From a virus (lineage: Duplodnaviria > Caudoviricetes), in IMG/VR virus record IMGVR_UViG_3300034375_009028: a stretch of DNA of 64,000 nucleotides; one strand, given 5' to 3'. Both the position numbers and the translations under genes were made by a program. A model generated the notes under the pieces. The model was not told where the DNA came from and did not search any database. It saw only the letters and a list, made by a program, of their open reading frames with translations. This document shows positions 35,683 through 45,612 of the stretch, piece by piece; the stretch's first letter is position 1, and the number at the start of each line of letters is the position of its first letter.

Positions 35683-37323
35683 TGTTGGAGATTCTGGATC
35701 TATCGGTGTTTTGCCCGATTGTCCATCTATTGCTGGTGCTCCAGAACTTTGATCCATTGGCATACCAGTTGCTGGATCTATAGGTGCATTTGGATCAGGA
35801 ATAACTCCAGATGCAATCTCCTTTTTAATTAATTTATCTTGATCGATAATTTCTTCATCAGTTTGACGAAGAATCTTACGCCTTACATAATCTTGAGAGA
35901 AATACTTACCAATATATGGTTCTGCTGTTGCTGCAATATTCAATCTCTCTGTCATCAACTCCGCTTCTTTAAGTTCGGAGAAATGATTATCATATAAGAA
36001 ATCATACTGAATATGCTCTTCCATTATATCCCAATCTTGAGGAGATACAATATTTTTTAGAATTAATTGTGTCTTTAATATATCGGTAAATAAATTTGAG
36101 AATCTCTTCCTTAACCTACCAACAAATTTTGTAAACTTCAATTCATCTCTAAGAATCTCTGAAGATCTACCAAGGTTAAATCCTTCCTGACCACCAATTC
36201 TTGAAGATGGAACATTTAGTGAACGATATAATTTTTCTTGGAAATATTTAATATCAGAAAGTTCGCCAAGATTTTGTCCACCTGGAAGAGTAGAAATTTC
36301 AGTTCCTCTACCACCTTCACGACGAGGTAACCAAAAATCTTCAAGCATCGCCATGGATTTTTTATCGTCACGAATTTCTCCAGTATTTGCATCATATACA
36401 AGTTTATTGCGATAACGACTCATTACGTCTCGCAAATATTGCTCTGCTTTCATTTTTGGAAGATTTCCAACATCAATATAGAATATTCTACGTTCAGGTG
36501 CTCTTGATAACCTGTATATAACAAGAGAATCTTCAATCATGCGAAGTTGATTGATAGATTTAATTGCTTTGTGTAAATAAGATAATGTTATATTCTTATT
36601 TCTATCAACTAATCCAGAAGTACAGTATGTAATACTATCTTTTGCAAATTTTATTCCTTGAGTAACTTGACCCGATCCTTTTGCCATAGAACCAACAGGA
36701 TTTTGTGTGTTTTGATTGTACACAAAATACTCAGTTATTTCTGGAAACCCAGAATCCATGGGATCTTTTTCTAAATCTTTTGACAGAACAATTGAATTGT
36801 CGTTTCCTTTTTTTGCTGCCTGCCTAACAAAACGCATTTTTAAGGCATCAATATATCTTAACTCTTGAATACCTTCTTGTGGATTTTTTAAATCAATTAC
36901 TTTATGATAATATAATCTTCCATCAACGTACCAATTTCTATAAATTTCATGACATTTCTTATCAAAATCCAATAACTCTAGAATTGCTTTAAATTCTTCT
37001 CTTATTTTTTTCTTCAATCCATCACTTGCATTTAGATTATCCAAGTCAATTTGAACTGGACTATCATTGGTATCACTAACAATGGCTTCGTTCACAATAT
37101 CTTCAATGGCACCATCAACCTCTGGATGAAGGGCCATCTCTCTATATCTTCTAATTAAGTCATATTCGGTCCTATAGATACCTTCGATATCTACATAAGA
37201 TCCAAAAAATCCACTAGTTAGATAATGGTCAACCCCGTCCTCATTTGATTGAGGAACGGGGGAAACCACACCTTTAGATTTTTTATCTTCATCATCTATT
37301 GAAAAACCAAATAGTTTTGCCAT
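35674..37323 (-). CDS. gp20: Portal protein
   Basis: YREMALHPEVD, APERRIFYIDVGNLP, EDFWLPRREGGRGTEI. Confidence 0.98.
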   Translation of the reverse strand: MAKLFGFSIDDEDKKSKGVVSPVPQSNEDGVDHYLTSGFFGSYVDIEGIYRTEYDLIRRYREMALHPEVDGAIEDIVNEAIVSDTNDSPVQIDLDNLNASDGLKKKIREEFKAILELLDFDKKCHEIYRNWYVDGRLYYHKVIDLKNPQEGIQELRYIDALKMRFVRQAAKKGNDNSIVLSKDLEKDPMDSGFPEITEYFVYNQNTQNPVGSMAKGSGQVTQGIKFAKDSITYCTSGLVDRNKNITLSYLHKAIKSINQLRMIEDSLVIYRLSRAPERRIFYIDVGNLPKMKAEQYLRDVMSRYRNKLVYDANTGEIRDDKKSMAMLEDFWLPRREGGRGTEISTLPGGQNLGELSDIKYFQEKLYRSLNVPSSRIGGQEGFNLGRSSEILRDELKFTKFVGRLRKRFSNLFTDILKTQLILKNIVSPQDWDIMEEHIQYDFLYDNHFSELKEAELMTERLNIAATAEPYIGKYFSQDYVRRKILRQTDEEIIDQDKLIKKEIASGVIPDPNAPIDPATGMPMDQSSGAPAIDGQSGKTPIDPESPTLT

Positions 37324-37354
37324 TATAATCTAAAGTATTTTGATGTACTATTTA

Positions 37355-37954
37355 TTATACAATAGCAGTGCCAGTTTGGTCAGTACCTTCAGCTTGCCAC
37401 CATTGGACTTGGAAGTCTACAGTGAACTCTTCAATTGTATCTGAAGTATCATAAGAGAGGTCAATTTGTCCAACATTGGTTGGGAAAATATCATAGAACT
37501 TATATGTTCTTAGAGGTAAAGATGCTGTAGCATCAGTATTTGCAGTTGAGAATCTCTTCTCGCCTCTTCCTAATTGATGAACATATGCATTTCTCATGTA
37601 TGATGTTGGAGAAGTTGCACCTGTAGCATTATCTAACTTACTTACCTGATTCATCCACTGCTCAAAAGCAGTTCTGATCTTAAAGTCTTCATCATTAATG
37701 ACAGTTACAGTCCAAACATCAAATGTTCTGTCTCCAGCAACTTTTAAAATTCTTCCTCTAAATGGAACATCAATTGATGCAACATTAGAAGCAGGAAGTG
37801 CTGCTGCTTTGCATAAGAAGTTAAATGTCTCATCATCCCAACCAGATACACTATCTGGGAAAGTTGGAATACTTACCTCAAATAGATTTGGTCTTGCTGC
37901 ACCACCCTGTAACTTTGATTTGAAGTCAGTGATGGTTCTAATCGCTCTAGTCAT
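37355..37954 (-). CDS. gp19: Tail tube protein
   Basis: GAARPNLF, LPASNV, FRGRILKVAGDRTFDVW, IEEFTVDF. Confidence 0.96.
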   Translation of the reverse strand: MTRAIRTITDFKSKLQGGAARPNLFEVSIPTFPDSVSGWDDETFNFLCKAAALPASNVASIDVPFRGRILKVAGDRTFDVWTVTVINDEDFKIRTAFEQWMNQVSKLDNATGATSPTSYMRNAYVHQLGRGEKRFSTANTDATASLPLRTYKFYDIFPTNVGQIDLSYDTSDTIEEFTVDFQVQWWQAEGTDQTGTAIV

Positions 37955-37991
37955 TGTTTTTGGTCCTCCGTGTTAGTTGTTGAATAATGAC

Positions 37992-40814
37992 TTAAACTCT
38001 ACCAGCAACTTCTTCAAAACTGATACCAGTTCTGGTTGCAACAAATGTTAGAGTAACATAGTTAATAGACTTAGCAGGCTTCAGGAAGATATCTGCTCTA
38101 AACTCATTATTATCAATAACATCTGGAGTATTATTGGTTTCGTCACAAATGATTAGGAAGTCATAGATACCTCTCTTTGCTCTGACATCACGTAAGTATG
38201 GTTCAACAATATTTACAAAGTTTGATCTTGTAATTTGATCGTTGAATTCAAATAGTTGTGCTTCAGCAGCTCTTTCAAGTGATTGTTCTACTGTTAAGAA
38301 CAATCTACGAACGTTGATTCTATCAAATGCTGATGCGTATCCAAGAGCGGTCTTATCACCAAACAGTAGTACACCTAGTCCTGGTTGAGATACAATTGGA
38401 TTAATTCTGGCAGAATAGAGACGATCTCTTTGATTCTTTCCAGGATTAAATGCTAGTTTGATTGCATTTTTGATGATACCTCTTTGCTGTCCAGCAGGTG
38501 AGAACCATGGGTAAGCAACTAAGTTTGTTCTTGCCATCAATCCAGCAACATCTGGATTACATGGAATGTAGCGGAATACATTATTGAATCTATCATAAGT
38601 GTACTTATATCCACTATCAAAAACTGCATATGAAGAAGATTGTAGAGGACCAAAGAACTCAATAATATTATTCATTTGAGTTGTTGTATTTGTTATATCA
38701 ACAACAGACGATCTGTGTGGTGATATAAGTGCCATACAATCTTTTCTTGATTCTGCAATTGCAATTATTTTATTTGCTTTTGCCTGACTTTCACCAATTG
38801 AATCAAGTCCTGGTCCCATCAATAGGAAATCGACAACAGTATCTTCTTTATTAGAGAATCTTTCATATGCTGCAATCAAGTCACCTAAAGTTGACCTTAA
38901 TCCATTATCAATAGTATAATCATTTCCACCTGCTAATGTATAAGTTACTGCACCAATTACGCTAAATGCATTATCTTTTGCTTCTCTATCCCAAGCAAGA
39001 TCTTCCAGAGGTGGAGTTGAGAATGTTGTTGGATAATCACTAACTCCAGGAATAATTGAAAATGGATATGAGACATTAAAATTTCTAACAAATACTGTGG
39101 ATGTTGGTTGGGTATTATGATAGTTATCAAATCCACCAGATTGATTTGCTCCAGCGTAAATATAGTCTGAGAAGTTTGCAAGGTAGTTCTTGTACCAAAT
39201 TTTTTCTGGTGAATTTACTTGCGAAATTGCATCAGTTGCTTTAGATAAGAATAAGTGCTTCTCTAAAATATTTCCTCTAATACCAGTTAATGCTCCAGAA
39301 TCATCAACAACAACAATGTGCATTTCATCAGACTCGCCATTACGTTGGTCTGCATAATTTGACGTTCCAGGTTTTGGTGCAATGGAGCTCCAAAGAATAT
39401 TTGAATTGTCTAATCCCAAAGTTTGTGAGTTATACCAATCATCAACTCTTTCAATTTGTGCTCTTGAAATCAGAGAGTCTACTTGAAGTGTAATCTCATC
39501 ATCTCTTAATGTATCTGCTGTAAGTACTAGGTTATCATTTGGAGCAATACCTCCAATAGCACTACCCAAAATAGTGATTTCTTCACCAACACCAAAGTTT
39601 TGACCTGGATCTACTAGTGTAACAGTACTGATTCCACCAACATTATTTCTATAAATGTTAAATGTTACTCCTGTTCCACCATCTGTACCAACACCAGAAA
39701 TATTGAAGAAGGCAGTATTTACTGAAGTACCTACAGTTGGTGCTGAACTAATTCCTGTTGATGCAACTGCACCAAAAGATAAATCATATCCACCAACCAA
39801 AGAACCAGCAATAGTAACTGTCTCTGAAGTAGTAAATCCAATACCAGGATTTGCAACAGTGATAGATTCTACAGAACCATCTGTTGTATTTCTAGTAACA
39901 TTAAAAGTTGCATCTTGTCCATTATTTGCAGCAACTCCAGCAACTCCAGAATAAGTATTTCCTTTTTCTGAAGCAATTGCAGTATCTACAAAAGTAGAAT
40001 TTAAATCTCCAACTGCATCAACAAAGGATACAATTCTATCGTTGTTGTCAATAATATTAACCCTTTGTTCTGCTAAGAAGGAGTAAATATCACTACCCAA
40101 ACTATAATCTACTCTTTGATGCTTTCCTGGTTCAGTACCTCCAGTAGATACAAGGGAATGAATTTTTACTGATAAAAAGCTTTTACTCAGCTCTGGACCA
40201 TCAACTACTTGTGTAATTATTCCTTTTAGATATCCCTCAAAAGCTTGTGTTGTTCCTGCACCAGGAATAACTTTTCCAGTAATATCTACAGTAATACCGT
40301 AACCAACTTGAGCATTAATTCCCGAACCAACACTAATTGATGTTGTAGCAAAACCAACGATTTGATCTGCAAAATCATCAATAACACAAATCTTTATATC
40401 ATTTGCCCAAGAACCTGGGTTCTTTGCAGAATAAAGAAAATCAGAAGCTGATTCTGAAATATTGGCGTTATAATCGTCAAAGTTTTTAATTTTCAAATCA
40501 GAAGATTCTGTTCCTAAACCAACATTGGAGTTCTTTAAATTTGCTCCATCAGTTCTAACTACATTGACTATTCCACCATAAGAAAGATAAGATGCTGCAC
40601 TCATCCAGTACTCATAGTGTTTGTATTCTGTTTTTGGTTTTCCAAAAGCATTGATTAGTTCTTGCTCTGTAGTTACAGTTATTGGAACATCAACAGGTCC
40701 GATTTCAAAGGGACCCGCAATACCCCCAACGTTATCAAGAACGTTATCAGCTCTTCCTACGGTAAGATCAACCTCTCTAGTTAATACACCAGGAGATAAT
40801 TGAGGAGTCGCCAT
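37992..40814 (-). CDS. gp18: Tail sheath protein with internal insertion
   Basis: SPGVLTREVDLT N-terminus; WFSPAG, LFGDKT, FDRINVRRLF, KPAKSINY. Confidence 0.96.
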   Translation of the reverse strand: MATPQLSPGVLTREVDLTVGRADNVLDNVGGIAGPFEIGPVDVPITVTTEQELINAFGKPKTEYKHYEYWMSAASYLSYGGIVNVVRTDGANLKNSNVGLGTESSDLKIKNFDDYNANISESASDFLYSAKNPGSWANDIKICVIDDFADQIVGFATTSISVGSGINAQVGYGITVDITGKVIPGAGTTQAFEGYLKGIITQVVDGPELSKSFLSVKIHSLVSTGGTEPGKHQRVDYSLGSDIYSFLAEQRVNIIDNNDRIVSFVDAVGDLNSTFVDTAIASEKGNTYSGVAGVAANNGQDATFNVTRNTTDGSVESITVANPGIGFTTSETVTIAGSLVGGYDLSFGAVASTGISSAPTVGTSVNTAFFNISGVGTDGGTGVTFNIYRNNVGGISTVTLVDPGQNFGVGEEITILGSAIGGIAPNDNLVLTADTLRDDEITLQVDSLISRAQIERVDDWYNSQTLGLDNSNILWSSIAPKPGTSNYADQRNGESDEMHIVVVDDSGALTGIRGNILEKHLFLSKATDAISQVNSPEKIWYKNYLANFSDYIYAGANQSGGFDNYHNTQPTSTVFVRNFNVSYPFSIIPGVSDYPTTFSTPPLEDLAWDREAKDNAFSVIGAVTYTLAGGNDYTIDNGLRSTLGDLIAAYERFSNKEDTVVDFLLMGPGLDSIGESQAKANKIIAIAESRKDCMALISPHRSSVVDITNTTTQMNNIIEFFGPLQSSSYAVFDSGYKYTYDRFNNVFRYIPCNPDVAGLMARTNLVAYPWFSPAGQQRGIIKNAIKLAFNPGKNQRDRLYSARINPIVSQPGLGVLLFGDKTALGYASAFDRINVRRLFLTVEQSLERAAEAQLFEFNDQITRSNFVNIVEPYLRDVRAKRGIYDFLIICDETNNTPDVIDNNEFRADIFLKPAKSINYVTLTFVATRTGISFEEVAGRV

Positions 40815-40893
40815 TGATTAATTCTCCTTAAGACTCAGTTTAACTAAAAATATTTAGGAAATTGTCTATTTAGGCGGGGAAATTGGACGTGAA

Positions 40894-41124
40894 CTACCAA
40901 TCTGGATATTCCCATCTATCAAATACTCTGCTTGTCATTCTACTAACAATTATTCTCTTTTTAGTGCATTCTTTGCATTCATATGAATATGAAGAAGATA
41001 CTGCCCCTTTATTTTTACGTGTCCTATAAAATCCTTCAATTAAATTTTTTCTTTGTCCACAATATCTACAAGTTCTTTCATTTAAAAGTAGATGGGATAA
41101 AGATATTTGATTGTCTATATCCAT
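40894..41124 (-). CDS. Small Zn-ribbon-like protein
   Basis: CRYC...FY...YSYECKEC; TAATG overlap with gp17. Confidence 0.6.
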   Translation of the reverse strand: MDIDNQISLSHLLLNERTCRYCGQRKNLIEGFYRTRKNKGAVSSSYSYECKECTKKRIIVSRMTSRVFDRWEYPDW

Positions 41125-42770
41125 TATTGATAATCCCACATGTAGGACATGTCACCATATTCATCAGTAAACCAGCGGTCACCATCTTTATCAACAAAAC
41201 TATCTGATCCCAATCCATCATCAATAAATCCAAAAGGTGCCATGTCTTGTTCTATTTGATTCTTTTGCTCTTCATATAAACGCTTTCTAATATCCTGATC
41301 TGTTAATTCTTTAAAATAATCTTGTGCAACTAACCAAGCATATATTACTAAACACATTGCAAGATCATCATTACATCCATCCTCTGCCTCAAAGGAATTA
41401 TGTTTTTGGATAAACGTTGTTAACTCTGCAATAATATCATAGTCTTTAAATATTAATTTATCCTCTTCAATGAGTGTTTTTAAGTTCAAACATCCAACTT
41501 TTTTAACCGTCTTGGACATCTTTACACCCAATTGTGTCTTCTTCCCAGAAAATCCTTGACCAACAATTTGACCTGCTCTTCCCCTCATAGAGCACATTAA
41601 TAAATTTTGATATTCTAAATCAAATTGTAAAATAGCGGCAACTTGGTCACCAACATCATTAACTTCACACAATACATAAGCATCATTATAATTTTTTGCT
41701 ACTTCATATATGACACTTGGAAATAGCATCGGTTTTATTTCATTATGCCTATATTTTGCAACTAAACTATGTGGGAATGTTGTTATGTCTATCACAGTAA
41801 ATGCAGAATAATCACTACCCACACCTCTTGCAACATCTACGGAAATTACATAACTATGGTCTTTTTGAACGTCTTCAAATACATCTAAACCTTGATTACT
41901 TATTCTTGGTTGTTCATAAACCATAGTCCTAATTTTTGAAGGACTAATGAGAGTATCGACAGATCCTAAGAATTCGCATTCAAACTCGACCTTAAACTGC
42001 TGTTCTGATGTATTGGCAATTGTTTGCCTCTTCCATTCTTCATCTCTACCAGGAACGTCACTCCAATGAACTTCAGTTGGAATATATTCATTCTTTTGAC
42101 GCTCAGCATCATGCCATAATTTATAGAAGTGATTCATACCGTGAGGCGTGCTCACGATAATAACTTTAGTGTTCTTACCAGACGAAATTGTAGGATATAC
42201 TGAACTGAAGAACTGATCAGCAATATGGTTTGCAACGAACGCAAATTCGTCCAGGAAGATGATGTTATAAGATCCACCACGAACTGCAGATGCAGATGTT
42301 GATGCTGCAATAATTTTTGACCCATTCTCCAATTCAAGAGATGCTTTGTTCCAGGTCAAAACACCTTGCTGCAACCAGCGAGGTAAATTCTCATATGCGG
42401 TTTGCAATCTATCTAATAGATCTTTAGCAGTAGATGCCTTGTTAGCAAGAATTGCAATATTTACATTATCATTAAAAATTGCATAATAAAGTAGATAAGA
42501 TACAACAATAGTTGATTTACCAGACTGTCTTGGTAGTTTGCATATATTAAATCTATTATTATGAAAACGATCAAGCATCACCTCTTGAAATGGATACGGA
42601 TTAAACAGCTGTAATCCATAGTCTAGGGTAACAATATTAATATAGTTTTTGGCAAAATATACTGGGTCATCAATACATTTTGCAAACTCTATAACTTGAT
42701 TTTCAGTAAACCCTTGAGATGTATTTGCTTTTTTTAGCAGTGGATTACCAAGATAATGATCAACAGCCAT
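41124..42770 (-). CDS. gp17: Terminase large subunit
   Basis: RQSGKS Walker A, LDEFAF, VDVARG, NDDLAM. Confidence 0.98.
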   Translation of the reverse strand: MAVDHYLGNPLLKKANTSQGFTENQVIEFAKCIDDPVYFAKNYINIVTLDYGLQLFNPYPFQEVMLDRFHNNRFNICKLPRQSGKSTIVVSYLLYYAIFNDNVNIAILANKASTAKDLLDRLQTAYENLPRWLQQGVLTWNKASLELENGSKIIAASTSASAVRGGSYNIIFLDEFAFVANHIADQFFSSVYPTISSGKNTKVIIVSTPHGMNHFYKLWHDAERQKNEYIPTEVHWSDVPGRDEEWKRQTIANTSEQQFKVEFECEFLGSVDTLISPSKIRTMVYEQPRISNQGLDVFEDVQKDHSYVISVDVARGVGSDYSAFTVIDITTFPHSLVAKYRHNEIKPMLFPSVIYEVAKNYNDAYVLCEVNDVGDQVAAILQFDLEYQNLLMCSMRGRAGQIVGQGFSGKKTQLGVKMSKTVKKVGCLNLKTLIEEDKLIFKDYDIIAELTTFIQKHNSFEAEDGCNDDLAMCLVIYAWLVAQDYFKELTDQDIRKRLYEEQKNQIEQDMAPFGFIDDGLGSDSFVDKDGDRWFTDEYGDMSYMWDYQ

Positions 42771-42778
42771 AAATTAAC

Positions 42779-43048
42779 TCAATAAATTGCGATTCCTACA
42801 GCATCAATTGTTCCAGATGCAGTTTTAAATAAATCTGTTGGATCTTTTCTTAGTGTTACTTCTTTAGCTTCTGCTACCGCACTAATTGGATATCTTCCAA
42901 TCTCAGTTCCTTCAGAATCTTCTCTAATAATAGTTGTAGAAGTTAACCCACTAGTGCTTATTTGGAAAAAAGTAATTTCTGTCTGACCATCAAAGTCAGT
43001 TCCAGCAGTTCCAACTGTAACAATACCAGTTTTTATTTTAATAGACAT
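42779..43048 (-). CDS. Hypothetical beta-rich protein
   Basis: 89-aa ORF with late motif GATAAATA at 43069-43076. Confidence 0.6.
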   Translation of the reverse strand: MSIKIKTGIVTVGTAGTDFDGQTEITFFQISTSGLTSTTIIREDSEGTEIGRYPISAVAEAKEVTLRKDPTDLFKTASGTIDAVGIAIY

Positions 43049-43076
43049 TTTTTAGAAAACCTTTTTTATATTTATC

Positions 43077-43811
43077 TTATAACTCGTTCTTGATTAGTAA
43101 TATATCAAATGCCGCAGTAAAACGACCATTATTACTTCTAGTAGATAGGCGGACATCAATATCGGTTTTTTCTGGCATTTCTTGTGGAAACGAAAACTTG
43201 TAAGTATATTCTCCACCACCAGTAACTTCAAATGTATGTCCAACTCTAAAAATTGTAGCAACTGAATTGTATCTTACATACATCCATCCAGTAGCATCAG
43301 CACCCTCCTGTGCAGTAGCAACACCCTGATAGAGATATCCAGTATATCCTGCGGGTACTGTATAAACTGCCATCAGAGTTTGTCCCGCATCAGCAAGAAT
43401 ACGAAGAACTTGTGTGCCACCTCTGGAAAAGTTGAGTTCTCCTACATTGGTTCCAGCACCACTAGAAACATAACCACGATATACTCTCTTAAATGTCTTA
43501 GTTCCTGTAACTGTACCAGCACTAGAGAGAGTAAATTCTTCTGAAATTAATTCAAAATTTTCATCAAGACCTTCAATAGTTACGACTTTACCATTATCAT
43601 CTGCACCGACTTGTGCTCCTACAAGAACTCCAGGAGTATCAAACGCACTCCAAGGATAAAGTGTATCTTCCTTGTCCCATATAGATGCAGTTGTATTGTT
43701 TGATTGTGAAGGAGTTGCACCGAACTTGTGGATCTGTGATGCACCTCTTACTTTTCCACGGGCAACGTTAAGATCAAACTGTTCGTCCCAGATATAATTA
43801 CGAAATCCCAT
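43077..43811 (-). CDS. Hypothetical protein (possibly virion-associated)
   Basis: 244-aa Gly/Thr/Val-rich ORF in the late operon. Confidence 0.65.
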   Translation of the reverse strand: MGFRNYIWDEQFDLNVARGKVRGASQIHKFGATPSQSNNTTASIWDKEDTLYPWSAFDTPGVLVGAQVGADDNGKVVTIEGLDENFELISEEFTLSSAGTVTGTKTFKRVYRGYVSSGAGTNVGELNFSRGGTQVLRILADAGQTLMAVYTVPAGYTGYLYQGVATAQEGADATGWMYVRYNSVATIFRVGHTFEVTGGGEYTYKFSFPQEMPEKTDIDVRLSTRSNNGRFTAAFDILLIKNEL

Positions 43812-44245
43812 TATCTACAATTCCAACGTCTCAATGCTTTATTTATTCTAGAATCTGGATCTCTTGCTGTTTTAGAAGAAGTTCGTTTGGATTTCATACC
43901 TTTCATTCTACTACAAAACGAAGAACGACGCTTTTTTCTTTTACCTTCTGGATTTTTCTCTGTTACAGCAGTTTGTAATTTTGAACCTGGATTTTCTTGG
44001 CGATATTTTTTTACCGTATCTTTGCTCATACCATCAGTTCTGTCTTTGCGATTTGCTGATTGCCAATCTTCATCAATCCAAGATAATGTTCCATGATTGT
44101 AGTGCTTTGCACTAGTAATGGTAACTGTACCTTTAGGTGTAGATGGATATACGTTTTGAACTACTGCTCCAGGATACTCATTTTGAAGTTGTTCACCAAG
44201 TTCTTTTCTTGATGGTAAATCTCCATTCTCTATAACCATTTCCAT
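43811..44245 (-). CDS. Basic hypothetical protein; probably the -1 frame extension of 44302..45591
   Basis: Frame is open 20 codons upstream of the ATG, back to the slippery site; C-terminal SFCSRMKG...ALRRWNC. Confidence 0.7.
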   Translation of the reverse strand: MEMVIENGDLPSRKELGEQLQNEYPGAVVQNVYPSTPKGTVTITSAKHYNHGTLSWIDEDWQSANRKDRTDGMSKDTVKKYRQENPGSKLQTAVTEKNPEGKRKKRRSSFCSRMKGMKSKRTSSKTARDPDSRINKALRRWNCR

Positions 44246-44269
44246 ATTATAGAGTCTTCCTCTCCAAAG

Positions 44270-44325
44270 AACGTCGGCGGTAAAATGTTCACCGACGTTA
44301 TCTACTTTTTTGGCAGATCTCCTCC
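44270..44325 (-). promoter_or_regulatory. Programmed -1 ribosomal frameshift signal
   Basis: GGAGG (44321-25), 9 nt, A_AAA_AAG (44305-11), UAG stop, 5-nt spacer, AACGTCGG/CCGACGTT stem (44270-99). Confidence 0.75.
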
Positions 44326-45591
44326 AATAACAATTGTACCAACACTGCCTCCAGAGATATTAACATCTTCTTTTACACAATTAGGAACTACTTTACCATT
44401 CTTTTTCTTGGTTCCCTTTGCCTTGTAACCATCCCAGCACTTGCTAGCACCAACGTTGGCGCGTGCTGTTGCCATTTTACCCTCAACATTAAGAGTTTCT
44501 GGATAATTTTTATCACCTGGCTTTCTTTTGGGTTTTCCTGCTTTACGTCTCGCATGAATGTTGTCCCAAAGACCTTTCTTCTCCTCAATTTCTATATCAT
44601 CACTCTTTGAACACTCACAAGGTGTCTTTTTACATTTGCCGCATTCTTCTTTAAGTTCTACTTCTTCTTTAGTAGTAACTTTAAATAATGGGGAATCAAA
44701 ATTTGCATGATTGCTAGGAAGATCTGAAGTAGAGAACTGAAGAACTCTTCCTCCAGGATAAACCTTCTCAATTTCTGCTTGAATATCTTTCTTTGTAGGT
44801 AACTTTGCTTGTGGGAAGAACATTCTTAGATATTGTGAACGTCCCCTCCAACTAACAATGACTGATAGCAAATGACCAAACTCTGAAGGTAGTCTAACTG
44901 CCTCTTCTAGTTCAACTTCCTCATTCTGACGCTCTGCTTCTAACTTAGCAGCAATCGCCATTTGGCGGATTTTTTCATCAGACTTACCTTTAAATTGAGG
45001 TTTTTTAGACTTACGAAAATCTTTAATTACATCTCCCATGTCTGCTTTTGCAAGATCCATACCTTCTTTTGTTGTATATCCTGCTACAGCATCTGTATTA
45101 TGCTCAGTATCAGTAAGTTTTGCTTGCATCCAGGCAGGAAGATTTTTTTCCTTTTTACCAATACTCTTCTTAACTTTCTTTAAGTTTTCTTGGGATTTAC
45201 TAATCTGTTTATGTGCCATGGACACTTCATGATCTTTTTCTTCTCTCTGTGAGAGTAAAGATTCTGGTGTAATTAAGTCAATAAATTCTACAAATTTGTT
45301 ACCAAAAGCATCTTCAATTGTAACTGATTCATCAACATTTGGAATTGGTTTGCAACAGTTTTCTTCAGAGCACCAATAGTGCCCATCACTACACCTCTCC
45401 TCTCCAAGAATTTTATCTACTAATTTTATTTCTTCTTTCTTAATAGTTGGTAGTCCAACCTTCATAGAAGGACGCAATTTTTTATCGGCAACTTTTCTTT
45501 CATTTTCATTTGGAGAATCCTTCATAGCAGCAATTCTATTCTGCTTTCTTGCTGAAGAATGTGCTTTAGTATCTATATTAAAACTGGCCAT
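44302..45591 (-). CDS. Modular Lys/Glu-rich late protein
   Basis: Short modules separated by E-rich linkers; late motif GATAAATA at 45614-45621. Confidence 0.75.
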   Translation of the reverse strand: MASFNIDTKAHSSARKQNRIAAMKDSPNENERKVADKKLRPSMKVGLPTIKKEEIKLVDKILGEERCSDGHYWCSEENCCKPIPNVDESVTIEDAFGNKFVEFIDLITPESLLSQREEKDHEVSMAHKQISKSQENLKKVKKSIGKKEKNLPAWMQAKLTDTEHNTDAVAGYTTKEGMDLAKADMGDVIKDFRKSKKPQFKGKSDEKIRQMAIAAKLEAERQNEEVELEEAVRLPSEFGHLLSVIVSWRGRSQYLRMFFPQAKLPTKKDIQAEIEKVYPGGRVLQFSTSDLPSNHANFDSPLFKVTTKEEVELKEECGKCKKTPCECSKSDDIEIEEKKGLWDNIHARRKAGKPKRKPGDKNYPETLNVEGKMATARANVGASKCWDGYKAKGTKKKNGKVVPNCVKEDVNISGGSVGTIVIGGDLPKK

Positions 45592-45612
45592 TATCCAAAA
45601 GAGTGCTTTTTA

